DNA of 64,000 nt from Octopus vulgaris (GCA_951406725.2 OX597820.1:69068001-69132000), one strand, 5' to 3'. Shown: positions 13,728 through 28,024, numbered from the stretch's first letter. Translations and numbers: made by a program. Notes: generated from the letters alone by a model not told the origin.

Positions 13728-13810
<83 letters not shown>

Positions 13811-13815
13811 ATGTG

Positions 13816-13953
<138 letters not shown>

Positions 13954-14662
13954 GACACACAATTATATATATAGAAATTATATATACATACGTATATGCA
14001 CATACATACATACATACATACATACATACACATACACACACAAATATATCCCCCAAAAGATGATCATGGATAGAATATTTACTATCAGGGTGTATTTGGG
14101 AATGACCAAAAGAAATCCTCTTTTACCTTTCAACATTCCTATCAAATTGTTTGTGTGTGTCACAAATACACACACGCGCGCGTATATATGCATAGAAATG
14201 TAATATGTATGTGTCTCTATCTAAGCAAATATAGGTATATTAAACACCATACAGCATAAATTATCGGTTTATGAAAATTATATTCACCATTAAAGGATGT
14301 TTCATAATTGCCGAATGACAATTATGATTAGCTTCGTATGAGAAAGGGAGATAATCTAAAGAATTAACCGCCCTCCAAATCTGACATAGCATTAATGAAA
14401 AGGACATGCTAATTTACTGGAGATAAGACGTGGGGGGGGATGTTTCTGCCTCAGTAGGCGTCAGCAGCACGACACTTCTCCCATCCTAACTCATATAGTC
14501 ATATGTACTTAAACATACAAAATTAGTAGAGCACAGTGGAAGTCAACATAATTTGTGTAATTAAACACAAATGAACGAAGAGAAATAACTAAGAGGAACC
14601 AGCGGCATGCATATGATGCCACAGGTTTCGTTGCGATATTATCATTTTTCTTAGCTTGATTT

Positions 14663-15022
14663 TGTAGGCGCGACTGTGTGGTAAGAAGTTTGATGTCCAA
14701 CCACATGGTTCTGGGTTCAGACCCACTGCGTGGAACCTTAGGCAAATGTTTTCTACTATAGACTTGGGCCGCCGAAGTCTTGTGAGTGGATTTGGTAGAC
14801 GGAAACTGAAAAAAATCCCGTTGTGTGTGTGTGTATGTATCTGTCTGTTCACTATCGCTTGACAGCCCGTGTTAGTTTGTTTACGTCTCCGTAACACAGT
14901 GGTTCGGCAAAAGAATCCGACGGAATAAGTTACAAGCTTAAAAAAAAAAGAATTAGTACAAGGGTCGATTCTTCCCGCTAATAATTCTTCAGGGTGGTGC
15001 CCCAGCATGGCCGCAGTCTAAT
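14663..15022 (+). mobile_element. Family A SINE, near full length
   Basis: CTGTGTGGTAAGAAG..CCAACCACATGGTTCTGGGTTCAGACCCACTGCGTGGAACCTTAGGCAAATG..GGATTTGGTAGACGGAAACTGAAA..GGTTCGGCAAAAGA..CCCAGCATGGCCGCAGTC. Confidence 0.9.
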
Positions 15023-15051
15023 AGTTGGTGTACGCTTGTCTGTGTGTGTGT

Positions 15052-15099
<48 letters not shown>

Positions 15100-15148
15100 G
15101 TGAATGTGCATCTATAACTGTGCTGCAATTAATCTACATCATTGTCTA

Positions 15149-15358
15149 CTGGCAGATTCGGTAGAGCATCGGGCCATATGTCCAGCGATATTTCTCCCGA
15201 CACCTTACGTCCTGAGTTCAATTCTGCTAATCTGGATTCTGTCATTCATCCATTTCCGTTCAATAAAAATAAGGTACCTGTCAAGGACTGATGACGATAA
15301 CATCGCCCAATCACCATCCCCTCAAAATGGATGTGTTGTGCCTAAAGTCAGAAGCCAT
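15149..15358 (+). mobile_element. Family B SINE, diverged
   Basis: CTGGCAGATTCGGTAG..TTACGTCCTGAGTTCAATTCTGC..TTCATCC..TGTGCCTAAAGTCAGAA. Confidence 0.7.
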
Positions 15359-15913
15359 TTTTAAAGTTATAGTATAGCCATTTCGTTATATTACCATCAT
15401 ATATTGGGGCACAATGGAGAAATGATTTTCTAATCGTCATCGTCATTATCATTTCCATCATCGTGTTCTTCTTCATCAACAGTGCATGATAGAATAACGA
15501 CTGTGTTAAAGGGACAACCAATTTAGACTGAACACATGCCAGTTAACTCACGCACTTTCCTCCATAGACATATACAAATTATGAACGCATGCAGAAGCGC
15601 GAACACACAAACACATACCCATAAGTATATGAAAGGTATACGTATATAAACAGTACATACATTCACACGCACATATATATATTCATCTACACACACACAT
15701 ACACACACACAAATGCAACCACACACATGCACACACAAACATATATATATATGTATATATATATATATGTGTGTGTATATATATATGCATATATATATAT
15801 ATATGTATATTATGTATATGTATATATATATATATACCGGAGTAAACACATAAGTGTGAAACAAGGTGGAAAAAGTAACAGATTTTGTTGAATTTTCTGC
15901 TGCTTAAAATAAA

Positions 15914-15982
<69 letters not shown>

Positions 15983-16233
15983 CACACACACATATATATA
16001 TATATATAAACATATGCATATATATATATATGCATTTATATATATACAAATTTATATATCTGTGCGTGTGTATGTATGTGAACGTTCAAATATAAATATA
16101 TACTTAAGAATATAGGCTAGTACACTTTGACTTTCCAACATATCATATCATTCATAGACTTCGTTACTATCATTGACAAATGAAAGATTCAGTTTTTTTT
16201 TTTCTAATGGAGTATCATCTCAAAATAGTCAGG

Positions 16234-16299
<66 letters not shown>

Positions 16300-16425
16300 C
16301 GTGTGTAGTAACACAAGGGGGAAGATACAAAGGCAGATAAAAAGAGTTTTCTTACCTAGACGTTTATAGTTTATACGTGATATATTCTAACACTATACAT
16401 ATATATATATATATATATATATCGA

Positions 16426-16548
16426 CTGGGTGATTCAAAAGTCGCCATACATAAGAATAATTTTTTTTTGTAAGAAACTGTTTTTTATTTAACTGTTTCA
16501 TATAAAAAATAAAATTTTTCCTATGTATGGTAAATTTAAATCCCCCCA
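16426..16548. mobile_element. Small Tc1/mariner-type MITE
   Basis: Imperfect TIRs of ~30-45 bp: TGGGTGATTCAAAAGTCGCCATACATAAGAATAATTTT versus the reverse complement of AAAATTTTTCCTATGTATGGTAAATTTAAATCCCCCCA; TA-rich flanks. Confidence 0.7.
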
Positions 16549-16618
16549 TATTTATATATATAAAAAAGAGAGAAAGAGAGAGAGAAGAGATATAGATAGA
16601 TAGATATTAACACGCTGT

Positions 16619-16651
<33 letters not shown>

Positions 16652-16805
16652 AATATACTCACCCATTCACACATCTATGCACACATACATACATATATTG
16701 ATGCATATATAAATGTATACATACATATATATGTGTGTATCTACATACATGTAAATATGCATTTATACACCCACACTCACATATATAAATACATATATAT
16801 ATATG

Positions 16806-16840
<35 letters not shown>

Positions 16841-16843
16841 GCA

Positions 16844-16904
<61 letters not shown>

Positions 16905-16906
16905 TC

Positions 16907-16970
<64 letters not shown>

Positions 16971-17555
16971 ATGCATATATATATGTATAATTTTGCATAC
17001 ATTTGTACATAGATTATTCCACATGTTTCCTACATAATTTTACAATACATTTGGAACATAACGACGCCATGCATTTTAAAACATTTCTTAAAATTCCCAG
17101 GATATCAAAAAATATCCCGTCACTAAGGGTTGTACGGTCGAACATGAAACCCGTTTTAATTCTGTTTTTCTTCCCTACATACTGTCGATGATATAAATAT
17201 AATAGAAACAGTTCTATTTTAATCAACTCGAATTCTTACATTACTAAAGTTTGATCTTTGAATTCAACTAAAATAAATTTTTATATTAATTAATAACGAT
17301 TAAAGCAAGACAATGGATGAATACATGGATTTACGAATATTTGGAAACTTATATATTTTTTTTATATATACATCACCTTGAACTGAAGCCAGACTCCCGC
17401 ATCGTTTTGGTGTTTTAGTTGATGTATACATCTGTATATATATATGTTGATGTATATATAAGTTGATCTAATTTATGGCTATATACAAGCATTGAAGAAT
17501 TTAGAAGATATGTAAATTTTTGGACGAAATGTAATGTCTTGCTTTATAAATTCTA

Positions 17556-17723
17556 GGCTGTGTGGTAAGTAGCTTGCTTCCCAACCACATGGTTTCAGGT
17601 TCAGTCCCGACGCGTGGCACCTTGGGCAAGTGTCTTCTAATATAACCTCGGGCCGAAGCCTTGTGAGTGGATTTGGTAGACGGAAACTGAAAGGAGCTCA
17701 TCGCCTATATATATGTGTATATA

Positions 17724-17819
<96 letters not shown>

Positions 17820-18010
17820 TGTGCCTGCTTTGTCCACCAATATCGCTTGACAACTGATGCTGATGTGTGTACATCCTTGTAACTTAACGGTTCGGCAAAA
17901 GAGACCGATAGAATGAGTACTAGGTTTACAAAGAATAAATTCTGGGGTCGATTTGCTCGACTAAAAGCGGTGCTCCAGCATGACCGCATGAAACAAGTAA
18001 AAGAATAAAT
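17556..18010 (+). mobile_element. Family A SINE, near full length with ~118-nt internal (TA)n(TG)n
   Basis: All family A blocks in order, including GGCACCTTGGGCAAGTGTCTTCTA and CTGGGGTCGATTTGCTCGACTAAA. Confidence 0.9.
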
Positions 18011-18048
18011 AGATAAATTAACTACAACTCGAAAGATATATGCATCAT

Positions 18049-18083
<35 letters not shown>

Positions 18084-18133
18084 TCATACACACACACATA
18101 ATATATATAAAGAGAGATAGATATATAACGCAT

Positions 18134-18190
<57 letters not shown>

Positions 18191-18784
18191 AAAATGGGAC
18201 AAGAACGCAAAACATCCAGATAGTTATATATATATACATACATACATTTATATATATATATATAGTCTTAACAACACCAGTGCACATTTGTCGTTGTGGG
18301 CGGTCTGTGATCCCACCCTACATCCTTTCGTTGCCCCAATCCCTTCCCCTCAAAACGTATACTTCTCGGATATTTAATTTTGGTTACTGCATATTTGTGA
18401 CTTCTACATCTCGTTCATCTCACTCAACATGGGTTTTCTTATGGAAACATACAGGAATTACATTTTTAGTGTGACTGCATGAGTTACCGATTACTGAAGC
18501 ATATGTAACATATGGAAAATAGGAGAACCAGGTTCAACTCTCGGCCCCCCCACCTCTTCGCACATACAAATATGAAATATTTTAAACAATAAATATGCAT
18601 CTTTCTATTCTTTGAACCAGAAACAGACACGCAGGCATGCATACAACGAACTAATTTTAGAACAAGTGAATACGGGGACATCAAGCTATTTGTCTAACTT
18701 TTCTACTCATATATCACACGTACGTGCACACACGCACAGGTATGTATATATATGTCAGCTTATATGTAAATACATGGTTGTGTG

Positions 18785-18852
<68 letters not shown>

Positions 18853-19016
18853 CACACACAATCATATATATTTGCATATATGCATGTGTATATTTTCATA
18901 TATGCAATTATATGTGTGCGTATATATAAATATGTATATATATATATTCGCATATATATATGTATATATATTTACATATATATATTTATATATGCTTGCA
19001 TGTAAATATATGCGCT

Positions 19017-19048
<32 letters not shown>

Positions 19049-19309
19049 CATATATATATGCGTGTATACATATATGTATATATATATATATATACATATA
19101 TGCAAATATATGTGTGTCTGTGTGTGCACATATATATACTCGCACAAAGAGACTCTATATACATATATACAAGTGCATATATACGTACCTAACGCGCGCA
19201 CGCACACCCACAAAATTATTATTATCATTATTATTATTTGTGTGTGTGTGTGTGTACATACTTGCACAAAAAGTACCTATTTTCGAATCATATCTCTCTC
19301 TCACTCATC

Positions 19310-19341
<32 letters not shown>

Positions 19342-19522
19342 TCACAAAGTGTACAGACTATATATATAATCATACATATACACTTACATTCATACATAGA
19401 CATATATTTACTACTATTTATGTATGCATGAAGTATGTTTCTATATATGCATATGTGTTCACTCACGCACACACACACACACACACTCACACGTATACAC
19501 ACTCACATTTATTTATTTATTA

Positions 19523-19684
19523 GTCCCCGAGACGCGTAATCTTACAAAGGGAGCGCCAGGAATCATGTTTTGGTCAACAATTTCTCATAAAGCCCAAAGA
19601 ATGAACCATCCGATCTTTGATGCTGGAAATTCAATATGGAAGTTCTGACTAAACCACGCTACATCCGTTTGATGTCTCGGGGTC
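19523..19684. mobile_element. Possible internally deleted Tc1-like element/MITE
   Basis: 9-bp inverted ends CCCCGAGAC / GTCTCGGGG; interior reads PGIMFWSTISH, similar to the Tc1 motif (P/G)xVMVWGxIS. Confidence 0.4.
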
Positions 19685-21100
19685 GCTTTATAAATATACA
19701 AATAATAGGCTTGAATGTACACGTGTGTACTGTTTTTCAATTTATCTTTCTGAATATTTGTGTATCCATCGAGCTATCCAGGTATCTGTCTGTCTGTCTG
19801 TCTCTCCCTCTCTCTCTCTCTCTCGTTCTCCCTCTGTCTTCCTGTTACCCATCTCTCTCGCTCTCTTTTTTACACGTACACAAGTTCACCCTCGATATAT
19901 CTGTTCTTGCATATATATACATGTATATATGTGTTTATAATATATATTGTAGATATGTATATACACATACATGTGTAAACGCATATATTTGTGAATAAGT
20001 ATATGTCCGTATACACTCGTGTATAAATATGTGTGTGTTTATGGAAATATATACAAAACTATATAGATATTTGTGTATATATACATATAGATATCTGTGT
20101 ATATATATATGCATTTATATATGTATATATATACACACATACATACACATATACACACGTGCATACACACGCACATATACACACACATATATACATACAT
20201 GTATTATATATATATATATACACACACAGGAGTAAATATATAACATATATGTATGTGCATGTGTGCGTGTCTGTATACATTCCTGTCTGCGAGTGCATGT
20301 GAGTGAATTTCTGTGTGTATGGTACTTCCTTAAATGTATGGACGAGTGTATTTTTGTTGGAGTAGACCTAATCTAGCACTAGACATCTCCAACACGCCAC
20401 CACCGCTATCATCGACGTTGACTGATGATCGATATCAGCACAGCATGACAAACGACAATAATAAAAACAACAACAACAACTACAACAGCAACAACAAAGC
20501 TGGGTGTATTCAGGAGGGTCTAAATAGCTGGTCTACTTGCTCTACTTGCCAGAAATGACGGCCAGACATGCCTCTGAAATAACTGCAAACGTACTGTATT
20601 TAAAATTATTGTCCTTCATAACAATTCTTTTCTTAGGTATAACAAATAAACGCGATGCTCACGACTGGAAGGCCTTTTTCAAAATATGTATTTCCTCGAT
20701 GGAAGAAATCCTTGATCTAAACGGCAACACAACCAAAGTCTATGGCTCAATAATTCTTAAACAAATACAAGATACAATGAAAAGAAAAAAAAAATTTTTC
20801 AAAGTGAACGTTATAGTCAATAGTTTCAGTAATGGGTTGTTGTATCCAATATTGGAAAATAAAGAAACGAATAAAGATAATAAATAATAAATAATTAAAA
20901 AATAAGTAAAAATCGACACCGAGACACCAACGATCATTACTTTGGCAACGACAATAATGATGATGGTGGCTATGATGATGAAGATGTCAACGACGGTGGT
21001 GATCTCAACGAAGATGACAATAACGACGTCGACGAGAATACCGATGACGATTATTATTTTTATTATTATTATTATTATTATTATTGTTATTGTTATTACG

Positions 21101-21200
21101 TTTCATCCTTTCAGGGTCGATAAAATAACTGAGCACAGAGATTGATTACATCGACCCTTCTCTCTATATTTCTGGCATTGTGCTAATACTAGAATGGGCA
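21101..21200 (+). mobile_element. Family B SINE 3' fragment between (ATT)n tracts
   Basis: TTTCATCCTTTCAGGGTCGATAAAATAA..TTCTGGCATTGTGCTAATACTAGAA, with (ATT)n on both sides. Confidence 0.75.
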
Positions 21201-21218
21201 ATTATTATTATTATTATT

Positions 21219-21256
<38 letters not shown>

Positions 21257-21257
21257 G

Positions 21258-21301
<44 letters not shown>

Positions 21302-21517
21302 TATTATTATCATACTTATCTAATTTCCCATTCTCTCCCCTTCCACCCATTATCTCTTACGTAAACGTCCACACAAGTTTTAAATTGTCCCCACCTCATC
21401 TGATGACCCTCTGGCAATAAAAGAATATGTCATTATTATTATTATTATTATTATTAAGACATGGCCTGGGACAATAATGGCGAAAACTTGAATTATATAA
21501 TTTATCTAAGTTGTTGC

Positions 21518-21552
<35 letters not shown>

Positions 21553-22319
21553 GGAGGTTTTGGTCATGTTGTTGTTGCTGCTGCTGTTGGTTGAGATAGT
21601 AGAGCTACCACCGTTGCCAGCGGTAACCATAGTGTTAACATCGACATTATCGAAAATTAAGAAAAAAAACAAAAAGATTATGGTGACAGCAATTACAGCA
21701 GCAGTGGCAGCAGCAGCAGCAGTAGTAGTAGTAGGAGGAGGAGAAGGAGGAGGAGGAGGAGGGGGAGGAGGAGGTAGTGGTGGTGGTTGCACTGGATGTC
21801 TGCGATTATAATGGCGAGGGTGGCGGCGGATGTAGATTTGGCGGTGGTGCAGAATAATGCAGGTGTCTGTCAGCTTTGCGGTCGCTTTGCCAAAGCCGGC
21901 GAGATTGACTTTTCAAAAGGAAATATATGCAGTGTGCTTCCACGACTTAAGAAGTTGCAGCATATTGTGGTCACAGTTGTTCAATGATTAGTGGCGATGA
22001 ATTCTGAGAGGTTCGAAATCCCAAAGGATTTAACGTTCATTTATTGAGTATCTGCCAGCACCATTACCGCTATCACCACCATTATCAACATCATTATTAC
22101 TAATATTAACACAACTATATAACTTAATGCTTCTTCGCTATTCCCACGCAAAGGGGTGGGTGATTGATGTTGCATCCTTTTGTATTTTCTAAGTTAAATG
22201 CTTGGAAAGGAGGAAATAAAAAAGGTGAAAACAATTCTTTAAAAATCATCTGTGAATATAGCAGTATACATAAAATCATAAATTTATACACTCATATACA
22301 TATATATTCATGTGTAGTT

Positions 22320-22372
<53 letters not shown>

Positions 22373-22433
22373 AGATAGGTAGCCACTACACACATTTTTT
22401 TCTCTCCTTGTTTCTCTCATTGTTTTTTTCTGT

Positions 22434-22475
22434 GTCCCTTTCTGTAGAAGAGCGTAGGCTCGAAACGTAAAAGAC
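22434..22475 (+). ncRNA. Minimal type I hammerhead-ribozyme-like motif (Penelope terminal-repeat type), A6U core variant
   Basis: CTTT-CTGTAGA-A-GAGC(GTAG)GCTC-GAAACGTA-AAAG: stem I CTTT/AAAG, 4-bp stem II, GAAA, palindromic ACGT stem III, GUA triplet. Confidence 0.65.
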
Positions 22476-22639
22476 TTTTTCTATTCCTGAGCGTCATACT
22501 AATACATCTGTTTGTTTTGTACACCACCTGTTTTCGTCTTTTGTATTTTTTTTTCGTGAACTCTCTCCCTATATATATAAATTTACAGAATGAGATAAAA
22601 ATGCAAGGCTGTGAAAGATTTCAGAACATTTATAAATAG

Positions 22640-22687
22640 ATCTTACAGCTGTTTCCAGGATATTTTATATATCCCTTCATCGGAGAC
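22640..22687 (-). ncRNA. Minimal type I hammerhead-ribozyme-like motif, U4C core variant
   Basis: Minus strand TCT-CCGATGA-AG-GGATAT(ATAAA)ATATCC-TG-GAAACAGCTGTA-AGA: 6-bp stem II, palindromic ACAGCTGT stem III, GUA triplet, TCT/AGA stem I. Confidence 0.7.
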
Positions 22688-23000
22688 GGTGTGAGGAGAA
22701 GGTTAATCAATAGTTATTCTAGATAAGATATGAAATAGAGAGTGAAGTGGAGGAATGGAAATAGACGTGAGATATGCAGGGATATTGTATCTGTAGTTCT
22801 GTTATTTAGGTGGAATGGTATATATATAAGATTCCTGTACCTTGTAAGTTCCAATAGTATGTAAAATTGGTCATTCCAAGCATATAGTTTGTAAACGGTG
22901 TTATTGAATGGAGGTCAATAAGTCCTTTGTGTCCTATTGACACCATTACCTCTCATAACATCTCTCTGTTTCTGTCTCTGTCTCTCTCTCTTTCTCTCTC

Positions 23001-23051
<51 letters not shown>

Positions 23052-24059
23052 CCTCTGCCCAACAGGAGTAATTTTAGATCAAAATAGCCATCTGTGTATC
23101 ATATTAGATGCAGATGCCAAAAGCCAAATTAACTGCGGTATTTGTCCAGACATAATATCTCTTATAGAGGTATGTGTTTGAAAACACCAAGATACATCAA
23201 TAATAGACGTAAACCTTGTAGTGGCAGCGGTGACAATGCTAGGTGTAAGTTTCTGCCTAGTTGAGGCTTGTTAGCGGTATGTACGCGTTGCGAACAGCAT
23301 GCTAAAACAATCAGTTGTTTCATTCATCATTTTCTTTATAGCCTTCACCGCTTATTTACGACATTTATATATCTGCTCAAAAGGTTTCTAAGTGAAACTA
23401 ACAAATTGTATTTTTAAATATTTGTTAGAAGACAATCTGTATCGACAACTTAACTTGAATGTTGTGTCAGAACACTGAATAATGCGTGTTTATGACTCCC
23501 TCTTTCACTCTCTCTCTCTATCATATATATATATATATATATATATTACAAAACCAAACACACATACAAAGACACGCACCTGCACAGCTCATATATGCCT
23601 CTACTCAAGCCATGTATTTACGCAATTTATCTTTTCTATGTGCATGCATCATACATTTCGTTCATGACACTTAACTACTGTTCATACAAAAGGAAAACGC
23701 ATGATTAACTGATGTAATTCTTAGTTATTCTAAATAAAATCAATACATTCGTATGTCATTTTAACTCTCAATCTTTCATCCGCACCCTCTGACTGTCTTT
23801 CTCTCTTTCTCTCTCTTTTACACTCTTTTTTCTTGCTCGCATAAACACACACACGTTCTAGTTTCTTTTCTATGTAACCTCTATGTCTTTCTCTGTTTAC
23901 TTCCCTATTGCTTTACGAGGAAGATATTCCTGACAAGTTCTCGCCCTCACATTAACATAGCCCTCATCTAAAATAGAATCCAATAGGAACTTCAGCTGCA
24001 GCGGATATGGAACCATTTTGTGAGATAAGCAAGAGCAACAGTAACAACAACAACAATCA

Positions 24060-24440
24060 TTTCTAATATAGGTAGAAAACTTGAAATTTGGGGGAAGGAA
24101 TCTAATCACTTAATTGACCTCAGTACTTAACGGGTACTTTATGTTATCGATCCCGAAAGGATGAAAAGTAAAGTTAAACTTGACAAGATTTGAACTCAGA
24201 ACCATTTGAAGTATCACTACGCATTTTTCCGACCGGCTAATAGTTCTGCAGGCCAACCTTCCTAATAATGGCTATTGAACGAAACCTGCAATTTTTAAAA
24301 GATGAGGATTAGTAAACGCCATCAAACTGTACTTCATTCTTTTAACGTTATCCCAAGGAGAATTTGAACTCAGACTATAAACAGCCAGGAGAATTAACAC
24401 TAGACATTTTGTCGAATGCTCTAGTGATTCTACCACTTCG
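24060..24440 (-). mobile_element. Family B SINE (24060-24265) plus a second head fragment (~24350-24440)
   Basis: TTATCGATCCCGAAAGGATGAAAAGTAAAGT..ATTTGAACTCAGAAC; (AAC)n tail at 24034-24058; second GAATTTGAACTCAGA at 24361. Confidence 0.75.
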
Positions 24441-25732
24441 ACAAGAAATAAGGTCATGACAAGTAAAGGCCTACGATTTGGTTTCGAATGACATTTATAG
24501 CAAAGATCTGAGGAAAGAGATACATGTATTTAAGGGGATCTCCTGTTCTTCTAATAATCTAGTATTTTAAAATCTGCTGAGGAAGAAACCAGAATGTACT
24601 TTCAAACTAGAAAGTATAATAGTTATGTAGACAACATGACCCCAGATACCGCTGTGGAGTTACGATAGTTTCTTTGTAAACCCACGCTTCAAGGTACAAA
24701 TACAAGAGCAATGGTTTTAACGTATTTGATAGCCAAAAAGATGCACTAGTATATCAGTACAACTTCGATTTCAGCAGCTCATAATCAAGGAATAAATCTT
24801 TTAGAGTACCAAAGCATATAGTGTTGGACCAGCTTCGCATATGAGAACCGGAATGCTGTTTTCAGAGATTTTTCTTGAGAAAAACGGGCATATTACATGA
24901 TATCAAATACGGTATTTTGCATTCAAAAATGGCCTGGACTTGACAAATAACTTGAAAGTGCAATTGCTCGTCGGTCTCCGAGAGGAGCATTCAATTGTCC
25001 GTCCAACTGAATCCCTATCTAATTACACACACCCACACACACACACATGCGCGAACATGTATATCAGTTAATTGCAACAGAAGCAATATTAGATTAAAGT
25101 AGTTATCTGTGTCTCATTTTAAATGCACATACGTCGAGAAAAGCAAAGTAACCGAGGCATACATCTAGAGACAATACCTTTTATGGATGCAATGTGATTA
25201 AAAACACAAATACGTCAGTTTTAGATTTAAAAAATTATTCAGCAGTAGCAGCGGTGTAAATGCTAGATAAGTATTTCTGCCTCATTAAACTTCGTCAGTA
25301 CCATATACTTATTGCCTACCGCATGCTAAGAAAAATTCCGTTGCTGCTCATATAAGAAAACAGTGATTGAATAATCATTGGTGTAGATAAAAAATGGCCA
25401 AATGAATAAGAAGTACGTGTCGAAAGTACAGCGTCTAGAAAAAAACTGTATAAAAGATCGTCGGATGGATTGTATTTGTGATTTAAATTACACACTTGTT
25501 ACAAATTGCCACACGTTGGGTTCACCTGAGAAATAAGTTAAGGCTACACCTAAAGATATATAAACTCTTACATTTAGGTGGATCGATACAGCTAGAGGAA
25601 CAAACACCATTCATAAAGTCGATAGAATTCGAACGTAATAAAGTATCGGTGACATTTTCATACGACACTACAGCTTTTATCAAGTCTACCAACCTGAAAA
25701 TTAAATATGTAGTATGTTTCTCAAATCCTTCA

Positions 25733-25767
<35 letters not shown>

Positions 25768-26532
25768 CTTCATAGTATTATCTGAAATGTTGAGAAACAA
25801 AAGAAAATAATATACATATAGGTAATGATGTTAAAATTCAAGATTATATTTTAAATATTCATTGAAGATTTTTGCGAAGATTTTCTAAAATTATTTGAAC
25901 ATTATCTTACAAATTTTCATTGTTTGAACTTCTCAGAGAGAAAGCAACTAGAAAGAAGATCTCGAAATACATTATAAGACTAATAATGATAAATATATAT
26001 ATAAGGATAAATCTTCAAATTTATGTAATATATTGCAATTACTCATACCACAAAGAGATGAAGGAATCTCAAGTATACACCCGCGAAAAATAAATAAGTA
26101 GTATTATAAAGTTTTAGAAAAATTAGCAACAGCTTTTAATCAAACAGTTTTAAAATATGCAAGGTCAGATGAGATGCCCGTACAAACAACATGCCACTAC
26201 CATTAAAAATGATCTAAGAGTGAAATATATTTAGGTATAAACAAACACACACAGATATATAGATGATTCATATGAAGACAGTGATTGTGATATGTATGTG
26301 TGGCTACATGAATAAATATATATACATACGAAAATGCTTACATATACGTGAGTAGGTATATACATGTACAAGTATATATGTATACATACATGTATACATA
26401 CACACACAAATATATACACACACATATATATACACATATATAAATATTCTCACATGCCATTTTATATTAGTGCAAAAATAGAAATAAATAAAAGGATATA
26501 GGTCTAAATAGATATGTATGCATATAAATATT

Positions 26533-26619
<87 letters not shown>

Positions 26620-26938
26620 GTGTGTGTAGGACTACGTGTTTCATATGTCAGATATATGTACACATAACTGAGTGGGGATGAATGATCACACACACAAACA
26701 CACACACACAAATACTTATATATACATACATATATACTGATATATATTTATATTCTGTGTGTGCGTGCCTTTATTGAGACATCTCTGAATCACACCCATC
26801 GTCATTTTCTTTGTATAAAGAAGCTGAAGCATTTTGCCGAGGCAAACGAAGTTCTACATAAAACATATGCAAGAAAACGCTTACAGGAAAACAGCGAGAA
26901 GTATATATATATATACACACACATATCAGATACGTACG

Positions 26939-27032
<94 letters not shown>

Positions 27033-27394
27033 ACACACATACATATATACATAGTCATCCAGGGATGAATATTCAGGGACACATGCATACAATATATACA
27101 TAGAGAGGGAAATATATTATACACACACAGATATATGTATATATCAATATAAGTACATATAAATGCATATCTATATACATAGGTTGTATAAATATAAGCA
27201 TATATATATAAATATATTCATACATACACTTATCTAAACATGTAATTATATATATGTTAATACATACAAAAGCTACATATATGTACAGATATATGAATAT
27301 CTATATATATATATCTATACATATATATATATAGATATATACATATATATATATACATATACTTATATACATATATATATATATACATATGTAT

Positions 27395-27463
<69 letters not shown>

Positions 27464-27649
27464 CAAATGGCCACAGCTCATGAGCTGAAACTGGAAAAAT
27501 CAAAATCAAAATCAGTTATATATATATATATATATATAAAACGTATGCCTTAGTTTTTCTCCATGTGATGAATAAAAATTTATTGTTATTTAGCTACCTA
27601 CATATAAAACTGTACATAAATGTTTTAGTCAAAGAAATAGGTTACCATG

Positions 27650-27746
<97 letters not shown>

Positions 27747-27836
27747 ATCTATCCATATATATATATATGTATATATAGTATATATACACATATACATGCA
27801 TGTATACATACACATATCTACATACATACACACACA

Positions 27837-27888
<52 letters not shown>

Positions 27889-28024
27889 CATATTATTTAT
27901 ATGTATATATATATACATACATATATATATATACACACACACACACACTTATATTTATATATGCACATCAATATATATCTGTTCTTAAAATTGTTGGAAT
28001 ACGTATATACACACATTCATATAC

